64,000 bases of DNA from Anaerolineae bacterium (GTDB taxonomy: Bacteria; Chloroflexota; Anaerolineae; JACRMK01): positions 1,484 to 65,483 of the forward strand of contig JBBPZQ010000033.1 in the NCBI GenBank assembly GCA_038198935.1, written 5' to 3'. The translations under genes were made by a program, and so were the position numbers. Below the pieces are notes generated by a model that saw only the letters and a list, made by a program, of their open reading frames with translations, was not told where the DNA came from and did no database searches. Positions 27,473-37,663 of this stretch are shown here, piece after piece; positions within the stretch are counted from its first letter, which is position 1, and each line of letters starts with the position of its first letter.

Positions 27473-27774
27473 ATCAGACTTGCGCAGCGGTGGGCAGGCC
27501 CGTGAGGCTCAACGCTCTCCGTCGCCTCGCGGGTCTCCTCAACTGACGATATGTTGAGCCGAAAAGTGCTAGCATGAGTCGAACGCAAATGCGTTTGGAG
27601 TGCTGCGGGTTGTGCGGTACGCGTGTCCTCGTGGGTTTCCAAAACCCGCGAGGTTTGCAGTGAAAGGAGGACGCCGATAGGCCAAGCGACCTAAGCTACT
27701 CCCATCTTGCTTGCTGCCAACCATCGGTGCGTGCTGTTACGAATCGCATCCAATTCACATAAGGAGAATATCTC

Positions 27775-28191
27775 ATGTCAACCGAAAAGAGCCTTTACGA
27801 ACGACTCGGCGGCGATTTCGCCATCGCGGCGGTAGTGGACCGCTTCAGCGACCAGCTTCTGAAAAATCCGAAGATTGTTAACGCAAACCCCGAACTGAAG
27901 AAATGGCACACGGAGGAATACAAAGTGCGGTTGCCAGGCCTCAAGTTCCTGCGGACCCTGTGGGTCTGCGCGGTGGCAGGCGGACCGTTTCAATACACCG
28001 GCAAACCTCTGGGCGACGCCCATTCCCATTTACACATTCCACCCGAAGTGTTCGACGAGGTCGCTGCGGAGCTTGGCCTCGCCCTTGATTACTTCAAAGT
28101 GCCCAAGCGCGAAAAGGACGAAGCCATGGCTGCCTTCAACGCACAAAAGCCCGACGTGACGGCCGGTTCCAAGGACATGGCGAAGCACTGA
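27775..28191 (+). CDS. truncated hemoglobin (2/2 Hb, group II-like)
   Basis: LYERLGG near the N-terminus is the trHb signature. 138 aa. RBS AAGGAGA. Confidence 0.85.
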   Translation: MSTEKSLYERLGGDFAIAAVVDRFSDQLLKNPKIVNANPELKKWHTEEYKVRLPGLKFLRTLWVCAVAGGPFQYTGKPLGDAHSHLHIPPEVFDEVAAELGLALDYFKVPKREKDEAMAAFNAQKPDVTAGSKDMAKH

Positions 28192-28494
28192 ATTCGTTGA
28201 CACCCGAAGATTTCGACGAGATCGGAGCGGCGGTCGGGGGCGCGCGTGAGCGGGCGCACGCAGCGCGAAATCTCCGTGCAAGCGCGCGACGGCGGGCGAG
28301 TAACTATTGCATCTGTTGCAAGCGCCGCCGCCGCCGCACGTGAACGCGCGCGGCAAATGACGAACCACGATGACGCAAACACACAACGTCATCCAGAGAA
28401 AAGACTTTCGATTTCCTTGTGTCTTCGTGGCTAAACCGCATGAGCGAGACGCTGGTAGCGATACCTGCATGAATACTCTGCGCGAGTGTCCTCA

Positions 28495-30987
28495 ATGAAA
28501 GCCGTCGTCATGGCGGGCGGCACAGGCTCGCGGCTGCGCCCGCTCACCGTCGCGCGCCCCAAGCCGCTGGTGCCCATCGCGAACAAGCCGGTGATGGAGC
28601 ACATCCTCACGCTGCTCAAACGTCATGGCATTGACGACGTCATCGTCACGCTGCAATTCATGGCGCCCGCCATCCAGAATTATTTCGGCGATGGCGAGGC
28701 GTTCGGCCTGAAGATTCATTACTCGATTGAAGAGACGCCGCTCGGCACCGCAGGCTCAGTCAAACTCGCGCAAGAGTTGTTGAGCGAGCCATTCCTCGTT
28801 ATCTCTGGCGACGCCATAACCGACATCAATCTCACGGAGCTGATCGCGTTTCATCGGCAGAAGTCTACGGTTGCCACCTTGCTGCTTTACCGCGTTCCGA
28901 ATCCGCTCGAATTTGGCGCGGTCATCACCGACGGCGACGGCCGCATCGTGCAGTTCGTCGAGAAGCCGTCGTGGGGCGAAGTGATCAGCGACACCGTGAA
29001 TACCGGCATTTATGTTCTGGATCCGAGCGTACTCGACGGTTTCGAGCGCGATCAGGTATTCGATTTCAGCCAAGACGTGTTCCCGTTGCTATTGCAGCAA
29101 GGAGTGCCGCTGTTCGGTTACACTGCGTCGGGCTACTGGTGTGATATCGGCGATCACGCCAGCTACGTGCAAGCCAACGCCGATTTCTTGTCGGGCCGCG
29201 TGCAACTGCCGATTCCGGGCAATCGCATCGGCGGCAGCATTTGGGCGGCCGACGACGTGGAGGTCGCACCTGATGCGCAATTGTATGGGCCCATTTTGCT
29301 GGGCAGAGGCGTCAAGATCAAAGACAATGTGATCGTGCAAGGTCCGAGCATTGTCGGCGACTACACCGTGCTGGATTCGCGCGCGCATGTTGATCGTTCC
29401 ATCATCTGGCGAAATTCGTACATCGGCGAACGCGTCGAGGTGCGTGGTGCGGTCATCTGCCGCCAATGCCGCGTCAAATCGAATGCGGCGGTCTTCGAGG
29501 GCGCAATTTTGGGCGATAACTGCGTGGTCGGCGAAGACGCGATCATTCATCCTAACGTGCGCATCTGGCCCGACAAAGAGATTGACACGGGCGCGACGGT
29601 GAAGAATTCGATCATCTGGGGCACGCACGGGCGGCGCATCATCTTCGGGCGTTTCGGCGTGACGGGTCTGGTCAACATTGACCTCACGCCGGAGTTCGCA
29701 GCCAAGTTGGGCGCGGCATTCGGCGCGATGCACCAGATCGGAACGGTCATCACCGTCAATCGCGACCTGAACAAGACCTCGCGCATGATCAAGCGTGCGA
29801 TTGTGGCGGGTCTGCCGGCTGCTGGCGTGAACGTGGCAGACCTCGAAAATGTTCCGATTCCCGTCGCGCGCTACTACACAAAGATCACGAACGCGAAGGG
29901 CGGCGTGCACGTGCGGCTGTCGCCATATGATCGGCGCGTGGTGGACGTAAAGTTTTTCAACGACAGTGGCTTGAGCATCAGCCGCGCACTGGAGCGCGAC
30001 GTAGAGCGCGCGTTCTTCCGCGAGGATTTTCGGCGCGTCTATCTCGACGACATTGGCAAGATAAGTCTCGCGACTGAAGTGATCGAACGCTACCATGCAA
30101 ATTTTATCAATGCGCTGAATGCCAATGCGATCAGAACACGCAAGTTCAATATCGTGGTGGACTACGCGCACGCGCCCGTTAGTCTCGTGCTGCCGAGACT
30201 GTTCGACGAAATGAACTGCCGCGTCATCGCGTTGAACAGCACGCTCGATCCCGAAAAGATGTCCATCCTGCGCGCCGAGTTTGAAAATGGTTTGGATGTG
30301 CTGGGCCGCATCACGGGCGCAACCAAAGCCGATTTCGGCGTGCGCTTCGACGTGGGCGGCGAAAAAATTTTTATGGTCAACGCACGCGGCGAACTCATCG
30401 CCGAGCCTGTGCTGTCATTGGCGCTGACGGAATTGAGCTTGCGCGCGCGAAGCGGCAAGACATTGATCGTGCCTGCCAATGCCTCGCACGTCGTGGATCG
30501 CATCGCCGCCGCACACGAAACGAAAGTCGAGCGCACCAAGCTGGATACCAACGCTTTGATGAGCGCGGCAGCGCGAGACGGCGTGCTGCTCGCGGTGGAT
30601 GGCGGCGGCAACTTCGTCTTCCCTGAATTTCAGTCCGCGATTGATGGATTGTTCGCGCTGTTCAAATTGATGGAATTGCTGGCGACACAGGACACGACGC
30701 TCCACGACGTGATCGCGACGCTGCCACCGCTCACGGTCGAGCATTTGGCGGTCGCGTGCCCGTGGGACTCGAAGGGGCGCGTGATGCGCCGTCTCAACGA
30801 AGATTATAGCTCGTATAGGGCCGAGCAGATTGACGGCATTAAGATTGACTTCGGGCACGAGTGGGTGCTCGTGCTGCCCGACCCCGATCAGCCGCAGTGC
30901 CACATTTGGGCGGAATCTACGACCCATGACAACTCGCGCGCGCTGTGCGAAAAATTCAAAGCGATCGTGCAGCAATATCAAGAGTGA
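28495..30987 (+). CDS. fusion of sugar-1-phosphate nucleotidyltransferase (GDP-mannose pyrophosphorylase-like), left-handed beta-helix and phosphohexomutase-like domain
   Basis: N-terminus [18 protein letters not shown]...KPL is the NTP-transferase G-loop. The middle hexapeptide repeats are LbH. The C-terminal ~450 aa resemble the PGM/PMM alpha/beta domains. Confidence 0.8.
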   Translation: MKAVVMAGGTGSRLRPLTVARPKPLVPIANKPVMEHILTLLKRHGIDDVIVTLQFMAPAIQNYFGDGEAFGLKIHYSIEETPLGTAGSVKLAQELLSEPFLVISGDAITDINLTELIAFHRQKSTVATLLLYRVPNPLEFGAVITDGDGRIVQFVEKPSWGEVISDTVNTGIYVLDPSVLDGFERDQVFDFSQDVFPLLLQQGVPLFGYTASGYWCDIGDHASYVQANADFLSGRVQLPIPGNRIGGSIWAADDVEVAPDAQLYGPILLGRGVKIKDNVIVQGPSIVGDYTVLDSRAHVDRSIIWRNSYIGERVEVRGAVICRQCRVKSNAAVFEGAILGDNCVVGEDAIIHPNVRIWPDKEIDTGATVKNSIIWGTHGRRIIFGRFGVTGLVNIDLTPEFAAKLGAAFGAMHQIGTVITVNRDLNKTSRMIKRAIVAGLPAAGVNVADLENVPIPVARYYTKITNAKGGVHVRLSPYDRRVVDVKFFNDSGLSISRALERDVERAFFREDFRRVYLDDIGKISLATEVIERYHANFINALNANAIRTRKFNIVVDYAHAPVSLVLPRLFDEMNCRVIALNSTLDPEKMSILRAEFENGLDVLGRITGATKADFGVRFDVGGEKIFMVNARGELIAEPVLSLALTELSLRARSGKTLIVPANASHVVDRIAAAHETKVERTKLDTNALMSAAARDGVLLAVDGGGNFVFPEFQSAIDGLFALFKLMELLATQDTTLHDVIATLPPLTVEHLAVACPWDSKGRVMRRLNEDYSSYRAEQIDGIKIDFGHEWVLVLPDPDQPQCHIWAESTTHDNSRALCEKFKAIVQQYQE

Positions 30988-31044
30988 CGTGCGACGATTA
31001 CCTGAGCGTCATTTACCGCGCTTCGTTTCGATTTCCACTTCTTC

Positions 31045-31824
31045 ATGCAGTCCGTCTTCTTTTTCAAGATTTTCGGCGTTCCGTTCTTCTCCTACACAAC
31101 GTGCATCGGCGTGAGCGTGGTCGTGGCGCTGCTTGCCGCCGCTTCGCAATTGCAGCGTGAGCGTGGCGATGCACGTTGGCTCGCAGTGTCGTTCGCGTGG
31201 CTTGCGGCATTTGCTATGCTGGGCGGGCGCGTGGCTCACCTGTTGCTCAATGCGGATTACTACCGCGAACGTCCAACGCAGATGTTGAACTTTTACGACG
31301 GCGGCTTGAGTTTCGTCGGCGTGTTTATCGGCGGCACTTTCGCCTTGTGGCTGTCGAGTCGCCTCGCACGCGTTCCGTTCGCACGCGTGACTGATGTTGC
31401 GGCGTTGCCGACGTGCATCGTCGCGTGTGGCGCGTGGCTCGGCGCGTTCATGCGCGGCAGCGAATACGGAACGATTGCAGACAACGTGTTTGCGCTGGAG
31501 TTACACGATACTTACGGCGTGGTAGATGTGCGCTGGGCAACGCAAGTATTGGCGGCACTGTGGTGTGCGTTGCTGGGTTTATTGTTGATGGTCATCAATA
31601 CGAGGGGAAGGGCGGGACAAAGTTCGTCGGCGTCAGCGTTTATTGGGCTTTACGCGTTGGGCTTGTTCTGGCTGGACTTCACGCGTGGTGATGCGACGCT
31701 CTACATCTTGGGTTTGCGACCGACCCAATGGCTATATGTTGTGTTGATTGTCGCGAGTATTTTTGTGATAGGGCGAAGATTGCTGAGTCTCTTGACGAAC
31801 CCGCGAAAAACCAATAGAATTTGA
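31045..31824 (+). CDS. lgt: prolipoprotein diacylglyceryl transferase-like membrane protein
   Basis: Multi-TM with FGVPFFSY...GGRVAHLL...YDGGLSFVGVFIGG, reminiscent of Lgt signature regions. Assignment moderate. Confidence 0.6.
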   Translation: MQSVFFFKIFGVPFFSYTTCIGVSVVVALLAAASQLQRERGDARWLAVSFAWLAAFAMLGGRVAHLLLNADYYRERPTQMLNFYDGGLSFVGVFIGGTFALWLSSRLARVPFARVTDVAALPTCIVACGAWLGAFMRGSEYGTIADNVFALELHDTYGVVDVRWATQVLAALWCALLGLLLMVINTRGRAGQSSSASAFIGLYALGLFWLDFTRGDATLYILGLRPTQWLYVVLIVASIFVIGRRLLSLLTNPRKTNRI

Positions 31825-31852
31825 GTATATTTCCCATCAAGGAGAGCAGCTT

Positions 31853-32146
31853 ATGGCAATGACGAAGAGCCAAATCACCGCCACGCTCGCGGATCGAGTT
31901 GGCATCAGCAAGAAACAGAGCGCGCAATTTTTGGAAGAGTTAGCCAACCTGGCATATGCCGAAGCATCGAACACGTTTACGCTGCCGGGCTTGGGAAAGC
32001 TCGTCATGCAGCACCGAGCTGCGCGCGAGATCACGCTCACGCTGGGGCCCAACAAAGGCGAGAAGAAAATGGTGCCCGCCAAGAACGTGGTCAAGTTCCG
32101 CGTTGCGAAAGCCGCCAAGGATGCAATTACGGGCGGCAAGAAATAG
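31853..32146 (+). CDS. hup: HU family nucleoid-associated DNA-binding protein
   Basis: MTKSQITATLADRVGISKKQSAQFLEEL...GKLVMQHRAAREITLTLGPNKGEKKMVPAKNVVKFRVAKAAK: the HU/IHF fold including the arm. RBS AAGGAGA. Confidence 0.92.
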   Translation: MAMTKSQITATLADRVGISKKQSAQFLEELANLAYAEASNTFTLPGLGKLVMQHRAAREITLTLGPNKGEKKMVPAKNVVKFRVAKAAKDAITGGKK

Positions 32147-32172
32147 ATTTTTCAGTCTGTTGCCCACATTAC

Positions 32173-32210
32173 AAAAACCACCAATGCAATCTCACGCTTG
32201 GTGGTTTTTG
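32173..32210. terminator. bidirectional rho-independent terminator between hup (+) and the PfkB kinase gene (-)
   Basis: aaaaaccaccaa-tgcaatctcacgc-ttggtggttttt: a stem flanked by A-run and T-run. Confidence 0.75.
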
Positions 32211-32266
32211 TGCCTGCGACGGCATCCGTCGTCACACATTTCGTCGTCGCTAAACGCTGCAATTCT

Positions 32267-33238
32267 TCAGCGCTGGATGTTGCTGCTGCTGCCGCTTATC
32301 AGCGCCCCGACTTCCGCGTGCGTGACGAGCGCGTAATCACCGCGAATGGTCAATTTTAGCGCGGCTATAGCGTTGCCCATCTGCAAGCCGCGCGTAACGC
32401 CCGCTTCCATGTAGCCTGCGATGAAACCCGCCGCGAATGCGTCGCCTGCGCCGACCCGATCCACGATAAAGGGGACAGGGTAGGCGGGCGCGTGTACCAC
32501 TACGCCATCTGTCTTGTCGAGCACCAGTGCGCCTTGCGCGCCAAGCGTAAGCACGACGACGCGCCGCGCGAATTGGTCCGCGAGCGTGCGCAACATCTCG
32601 GCGGGTTGTGCGTGCGCGATTCCAAACACGACTTGTGCGTCGGCTTGTTTGACGATCAGCATGTCCGCCTCGCGGCACAATGGCTCCAGTACTTCGCGTG
32701 CAACAGCGGGCGACCACAGCCGCATGCGATAGTTTACGTCGAACGACACCTGCACGCCTTGCTCGTGCGCGCGCCGCAGTGCGACCTCGACCAGTTCTCG
32801 ACATGAATCGCTCAAGGCGGCTGTAATGCCGGTCAGGTGCAGCCAGCGAGTGTGCGCCAACACGTCCCAAGGAAAATCAGCAACCGACATCTCACTCATG
32901 CTCGATTGCTTGCGGTCGTACAGCACCGACGACGCACGCGGCGCGCTGCCCATTTCAAGAAAGAACACGCCAATACGCCCATCCCTCGTCCAAACCACAT
33001 GGCTCGTATCTACACCATGTGTTGCCAACTCGCCGGCGATCTTGTGACCGAGTGCGTTGTCGCTGAGACGTGACAACCACGCCGAGCGCAGACCCACGCG
33101 CGCCAATGCCACCGCGACGTTCGCTTCTGCGCCGCCGTGCTTGAAGTCGAGCGTCTGCGCTTGCTCCAAGCGCTCGAAGTCACGCGTCGAGAGGCGGATC
33201 ATGTTCTCACCGAACGTAAGCACGTCATAGCGGGTCAT
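32267..33238 (-). CDS. PfkB family carbohydrate kinase (KDG kinase / ribokinase-like)
   Basis: N-terminal GG motif (FGENMIRL...GGAEANVAVALARVG) and C-terminal DRVGAGDAFAAGF anion-hole motif. Confidence 0.88.
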   Translation of the reverse strand: MTRYDVLTFGENMIRLSTRDFERLEQAQTLDFKHGGAEANVAVALARVGLRSAWLSRLSDNALGHKIAGELATHGVDTSHVVWTRDGRIGVFFLEMGSAPRASSVLYDRKQSSMSEMSVADFPWDVLAHTRWLHLTGITAALSDSCRELVEVALRRAHEQGVQVSFDVNYRMRLWSPAVAREVLEPLCREADMLIVKQADAQVVFGIAHAQPAEMLRTLADQFARRVVVLTLGAQGALVLDKTDGVVVHAPAYPVPFIVDRVGAGDAFAAGFIAGYMEAGVTRGLQMGNAIAALKLTIRGDYALVTHAEVGALISGSSSNIQR

Positions 33239-35889
33239 GGCGCGAATCCGCGCAGCATGATCGCATCGCCGCCGCTTGAGCTGGACAGCCGCCCTCCGTC
33301 GCTCAACGTGTACATGCCGACCGCGATGTGGTCGAGCCGAGCAAGCGAATCGGCGCTCAAAGCAATTGCGTGCACATCATAGATCACCTCGCCGCGTGCC
33401 CACGCGTGCGTCGGATAACGACCCGCCAGCGGCTGTGCGTCGCCTTGCGCGATGATGCGATTCTGGGCGTCGAGCAGATGCACGAACACAGTATAGTCTG
33501 TGCTGATCGCCGTATCGGCACGCCAAGTGAGCGCGAGCGATGCGCCGCCCGCCTCACGCACCAAGCGATACTCCAGCAGCGAAGCCTGTCCCGCCAAGGT
33601 AGCAAACACGTCCTTGGATGACGGCATTGTGTCTGGAGCGCGCTTGAGTTCCGTAATGATGCCGTTATTTACCGACGCGGGAAGTCGCTTGTTGGCTTGC
33701 GCGTCGAACACCTCTACACGCAAGCGCAGCAGGCTTGGCGTCGGCAGTGCACTCAGTGGAATTTCTTGCTCGTCGCTCATCAGTGTTTTCGGCAGCCACC
33801 ACGTCATCGGGAAGGGATCGAGTCCGCGCGCGGGCGATGTGCGCGCCACCACTTGCCCGCTCGTATCGAGCAGTAACACGCCCACATCGTAGTCAGCGGA
33901 TAGTCGCTCGGTCGCGCGCCACAGCAAGCGCACCCTCAGCGTGCACGTCGCCAACCTAGTTGCGCAGTCGTCGACCACAATCGGACGCGCATCGGCGCGC
34001 GCGTCGTCGCCAACACCTTCGATGCGATAGCCGACGAGTTGCAGCGCGTCGCCGAACTGCACGGCGAGCGATTGGAATTGTCCTGCATCGCCTTCGATGA
34101 CTAATGCTCGGGTGTGCACGTTCCACAAGGCGAGCGCGCGCTGCATGTCCGAGCGCGCAGCATCTGACTGGCCGAGCGCATCGTCGTAGCGCGCGCGCTC
34201 GACGTACTCGTTGCTGAATTGCTCGAAGTCATTTTCGGCGCGCGCCAGATTTTGCTCGTAGTAGCCCGACTCGGCCAGTTCGCGTTTGTGCGCTTCACCT
34301 GACGGGATCGTGCTCAGCAGAAACAGCGCGAACGCAGCGGGCACGCACGCGAGCACGACGAGCCAGCGCGCCTGCCGACCCATGCCGCCATCCAGCAGCC
34401 AGCGCGCGCCCAAGCGCACGACGACGAGCGAGCTGAGACCAAACAGCAGCAGGCTGTCCATCAAAAACGGCGCGCGCGGCGCGAGCCAGTGCGCCGCCAG
34501 CAATTCTGGCAGGCGACGCAGCACGATGGCTTGGTACGAGATCCACTGCCGCGCCGAATGATATTCTGAAAACGACGTGAGCGCGCCGAAGGCTTGCAGG
34601 AAATAACCGTAGCTCCAGAGCGCGCAGAAAATTCCGAACAGGATTGCAGGCTTCGCAACGAGTGACGAGAGACTAGAGACTCGCTTCGTCACCCGTCGCC
34701 AGCCCCTCGACTCGATCAGTTCTGCGAAGCCCATCACAAAAAGCGGCGTGAGTCCGATGAAGTAGCGTGCGCCGAACGAGACGCCCGCCCACCAGCCGAT
34801 GCGTGTTGCGCTGCTGTACGCAATCGCGAGCAAGGCGATGAGCGCGCCGCCGTACAATGCACGCTCGCGATTGAAGCCGACGAGCCAACCGAGTGTTGCG
34901 ACCAGCAAGATCGGCGCGGTGAAATACAGACCGTGATACGATGAGAACAGCACGTCGAGCAAATGCGCGCCGCTCCAATTTGATTCGAGCGTGTACGGAT
35001 TGGCGAGTGGACTGCCCAAAGTGATCCACCACGCGACGAGTTGCGGGAGCAGGGGAAGGAAAACGCCTAATGCGACGGCGCAGACAGTCAAGAGCCATTT
35101 TTGATCTATTATTTTGAAGTTTGGATTGAGCGAAGAAATTACCAACCGAAAGTCAAAGATTAAGAATACGCCGAGCACAGCGTGGTATTGCGCCACGCTC
35201 ATCAGCAAGCCGAGCAGCAAGCCAAGTCCGAACCATTGCCGGGACGTACGACGCGCGCGCGTCGTGTGCCACAGGTAAAGGTACAGCGCGCACAGCAGCG
35301 CCGAGATTGTGTGATAACTCGGCGCGAGCGCCGTAGCGTAATAAATGAATGAGGAGCCGAACGCGACGAGCAGCGTGGCGATGAGCGCGGTGCGTCGCGT
35401 GAAGCGCGTGCACGCCCAGCGGTACATCACCACTAATGCAAGCAACCCATAGACCCAATCGCCGAAGTCGAGCCACAGCGCATAGTTCATCGCCAGCCCG
35501 CTGCCGATGCCGCCGTGCAGCCATGCAGCGAGCACGCCAAGCAAATAGAATGGCAGCCAGAATGGAATCACGCCGACGTTTGCAATTTGCGCGGCGTAGC
35601 CCGTCGAGGTGATGATGATGCGCTGCCCGTAATGCTGGAGCTCATTCATCAGCAGCAGGTCGTGGTCGAACACCAGCGAACGCAGGTAAGACGTGTAGCG
35701 CGTGCCGTCGGGTCCGCCAAGCGTCGAGCGCACGAGCAGCACGAATGCGACGAACCACACGAGCCATGCCACATAAATTTTGAGGTTGGCGCGCAGCTCG
35801 GCGCGCAGTACGGTGAAGGACAGCGAAGGGTAGTGAGATTGGCGAACGCGCAACGGCAGCGCGCGAGCGATCAGGTCAAAACGTCGCAT
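33235..35889 (-). CDS. GT39/ArnT-like membrane glycosyltransferase with large C-terminal extracytoplasmic domain containing an internal tandem duplication
   Basis: 884 aa. About 12 N-terminal TM helices in GT-C/PMT_2-like topology. The C-terminal half contains two similar segments (DYDVGVLLLDTSGQVVARTSPARGLDPFPMTWW... and DYTVFVHLLDAQNRIIAQGDAQPLAGRYPTHAW...). Confidence 0.7.
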   Translation of the reverse strand: MRRFDLIARALPLRVRQSHYPSLSFTVLRAELRANLKIYVAWLVWFVAFVLLVRSTLGGPDGTRYTSYLRSLVFDHDLLLMNELQHYGQRIIITSTGYAAQIANVGVIPFWLPFYLLGVLAAWLHGGIGSGLAMNYALWLDFGDWVYGLLALVVMYRWACTRFTRRTALIATLLVAFGSSFIYYATALAPSYHTISALLCALYLYLWHTTRARRTSRQWFGLGLLLGLLMSVAQYHAVLGVFLIFDFRLVISSLNPNFKIIDQKWLLTVCAVALGVFLPLLPQLVAWWITLGSPLANPYTLESNWSGAHLLDVLFSSYHGLYFTAPILLVATLGWLVGFNRERALYGGALIALLAIAYSSATRIGWWAGVSFGARYFIGLTPLFVMGFAELIESRGWRRVTKRVSSLSSLVAKPAILFGIFCALWSYGYFLQAFGALTSFSEYHSARQWISYQAIVLRRLPELLAAHWLAPRAPFLMDSLLLFGLSSLVVVRLGARWLLDGGMGRQARWLVVLACVPAAFALFLLSTIPSGEAHKRELAESGYYEQNLARAENDFEQFSNEYVERARYDDALGQSDAARSDMQRALALWNVHTRALVIEGDAGQFQSLAVQFGDALQLVGYRIEGVGDDARADARPIVVDDCATRLATCTLRVRLLWRATERLSADYDVGVLLLDTSGQVVARTSPARGLDPFPMTWWLPKTLMSDEQEIPLSALPTPSLLRLRVEVFDAQANKRLPASVNNGIITELKRAPDTMPSSKDVFATLAGQASLLEYRLVREAGGASLALTWRADTAISTDYTVFVHLLDAQNRIIAQGDAQPLAGRYPTHAWARGEVIYDVHAIALSADSLARLDHIAVGMYTLSDGGRLSSSSGGDAIMLRGFAP

Positions 35890-35960
35890 GGCGCGCTATT
35901 ATAGCATGGGGCTATCCGTTCGCGGACAAGCGGGTCAGTAGCGGACTGTATTGCTCAGAC

Positions 35961-36788
35961 TTATGTCTCGCTGAAGAACTTCAACGCGAGCGCGTTGAAC
36001 TCGTCGGCGTGTTCCAGAAACGGCATATGTCCACAGTCGTCATAGATCGTCAGCTGCGCGTTGGGCATTGCCTTGAGCGCGCGCTCGCCGTGCCACGCCG
36101 GAATAATTTTGTCTTGCCTGCCCCAAACCATCTGCACGGGCATCGTCAATTCGCGCACGCGCTCGTGCACGTCCACACGCTTCTGTCCTTCTTGCAGCGC
36201 GCGATTGACTCGCACGGTCTTGAGCACGCTTTGCTGGTGCCAAGGTTGTCTCACCGCTTGGAGCGCCTGCTTCAGAAATGCATCCGTGACTGCGCGATGG
36301 CGCTGCGTGTACAACACGCGATAGTTCACGATGAGCGTCAACATGTTCGGTAATGTTAGCAACTCGCCGAGCACAGGTACGCCAATCGCACGAAAGATTG
36401 GATGCACTTCCACGCCGAGTCCGGCTGGGTCCACCAACATCAAGCGCGTGAAACGCTGCGGCGCTTTGAGCACGGCGTTCAACGTCGCCGCGCCGCCGAG
36501 CGACCAGCCGACGACGTTCGTCTGCGCGAGTCCCAGCGCGACCATGAACGCCAGGATGAAATCGCCGAGACTGTCGGCGCTGTAGGAGTGCTCGCGCGAT
36601 GGCGGCGTGTATGCCCAGCCGACGAGATCCGGCACGATGACGTGAAATTTCTCCGCCAGTACGTCCGAGTTTGCCGACCAGCTGTACGCGCTCTCGCCGA
36701 TGCCGTGAATCAACAGCAGCGGCTCACCGTGTCCACCGTCGAGGAAGTGGACATTCGTGCCGTAGGCGGGAATGGTTTTGGATTGCAT
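35961..36788 (-). CDS. alpha/beta hydrolase fold protein
   Basis: LLIHGIGES..., nucleophile elbow GWSLGG, C-terminal His (DDCGHMP). Confidence 0.8.
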   Translation of the reverse strand: MQSKTIPAYGTNVHFLDGGHGEPLLLIHGIGESAYSWSANSDVLAEKFHVIVPDLVGWAYTPPSREHSYSADSLGDFILAFMVALGLAQTNVVGWSLGGAATLNAVLKAPQRFTRLMLVDPAGLGVEVHPIFRAIGVPVLGELLTLPNMLTLIVNYRVLYTQRHRAVTDAFLKQALQAVRQPWHQQSVLKTVRVNRALQEGQKRVDVHERVRELTMPVQMVWGRQDKIIPAWHGERALKAMPNAQLTIYDDCGHMPFLEHADEFNALALKFFSET

Positions 36789-37021
36789 GGGTTTCTTACC
36801 TTCCTTCAGGACCTGCGCCCTGCCATAGCTTCAGCCCATCGCGCACTTGGGTAACGCCCCCAGCATCACGATAGCAATCATGACGAACACCATCAGCAGA
36901 TTCGCACCGCTGAATCCTGTCGCACCCCACACGCGACCACGACTGCGCCCCTGCTACAGCACGCGCTCGTCGGGCAAAAGGTAAGGTGTGATAATGCTCG
37001 CGTCCATCCTGTCCGCCTCCG

Positions 37022-37600
37022 TCAATTGCTCTTCATTGATAGCGCCGAACGGTCTTTCGTTGTGGCGCGCGCATGTGCCGCGCTTCGTTCGCGCCACGCT
37101 TGAATGAGCGCGAGCGCGCACAGCAGCATGAGCGGTACGTTGAGAAGCATGTCAATCGCCGCGACGGTTGTGGACCACCAAACGTGCGAGTGCTGGCTTG
37201 TTACGCCGCAGCCCAGCATGGCCAGCACGCCGCTGACGAAGCCGTGACCGCGCACGTTCAAGCAGTCCACGCCCAGCGCTGTTAGCGCGCGCCCAACCAC
37301 GCCCAGCCCGCCGAACTCACCTGACAGATGGCGCATGTGATTTAGTCCCGCACCGTAAAACGCCTGAAAGGCATAAAGCAATACGATCACGAAGCCCCAC
37401 ATGCGGCCGCGCCGTGCGAGCAATGCGCCGAACGGCGGGACGATCAAATACATCGAAGCGACGATCAGCAGAAATTCTGGAATGCTCACGCCCCAATCGC
37501 GCGGCTCGCCGAGATTGAGCGCGTCGTCGAGGACGTGAACGATCAAGAAGAAAAGACTGACGATGAATAGGCGTGGAACCCAGCTTTGATAGCGGGACAC
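37022..37600 (-). CDS. hypothetical integral membrane protein
   Basis: 192 aa with four or five hydrophobic helices. No family recognised. Confidence 0.5.
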   Translation of the reverse strand: MSRYQSWVPRLFIVSLFFLIVHVLDDALNLGEPRDWGVSIPEFLLIVASMYLIVPPFGALLARRGRMWGFVIVLLYAFQAFYGAGLNHMRHLSGEFGGLGVVGRALTALGVDCLNVRGHGFVSGVLAMLGCGVTSQHSHVWWSTTVAAIDMLLNVPLMLLCALALIQAWRERSAAHARATTKDRSALSMKSN

Positions 37601-37605
37601 GAGAA

Positions 37606-37658
37606 CTCCGAAGCGTGATGCGTAATCCGTAATTCGTGCTGCGTGTTGCGAATCAATT
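37606..37658. repeat. inverted-repeat element (CGTAATCCGTAATTCG family)
   Basis: tgatgcgtaatccgtaattcg...cgaatcaattacgcgtca. Related to the element at 13471-13547. Confidence 0.5.
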
Positions 37659-37663
37659 ACGCG

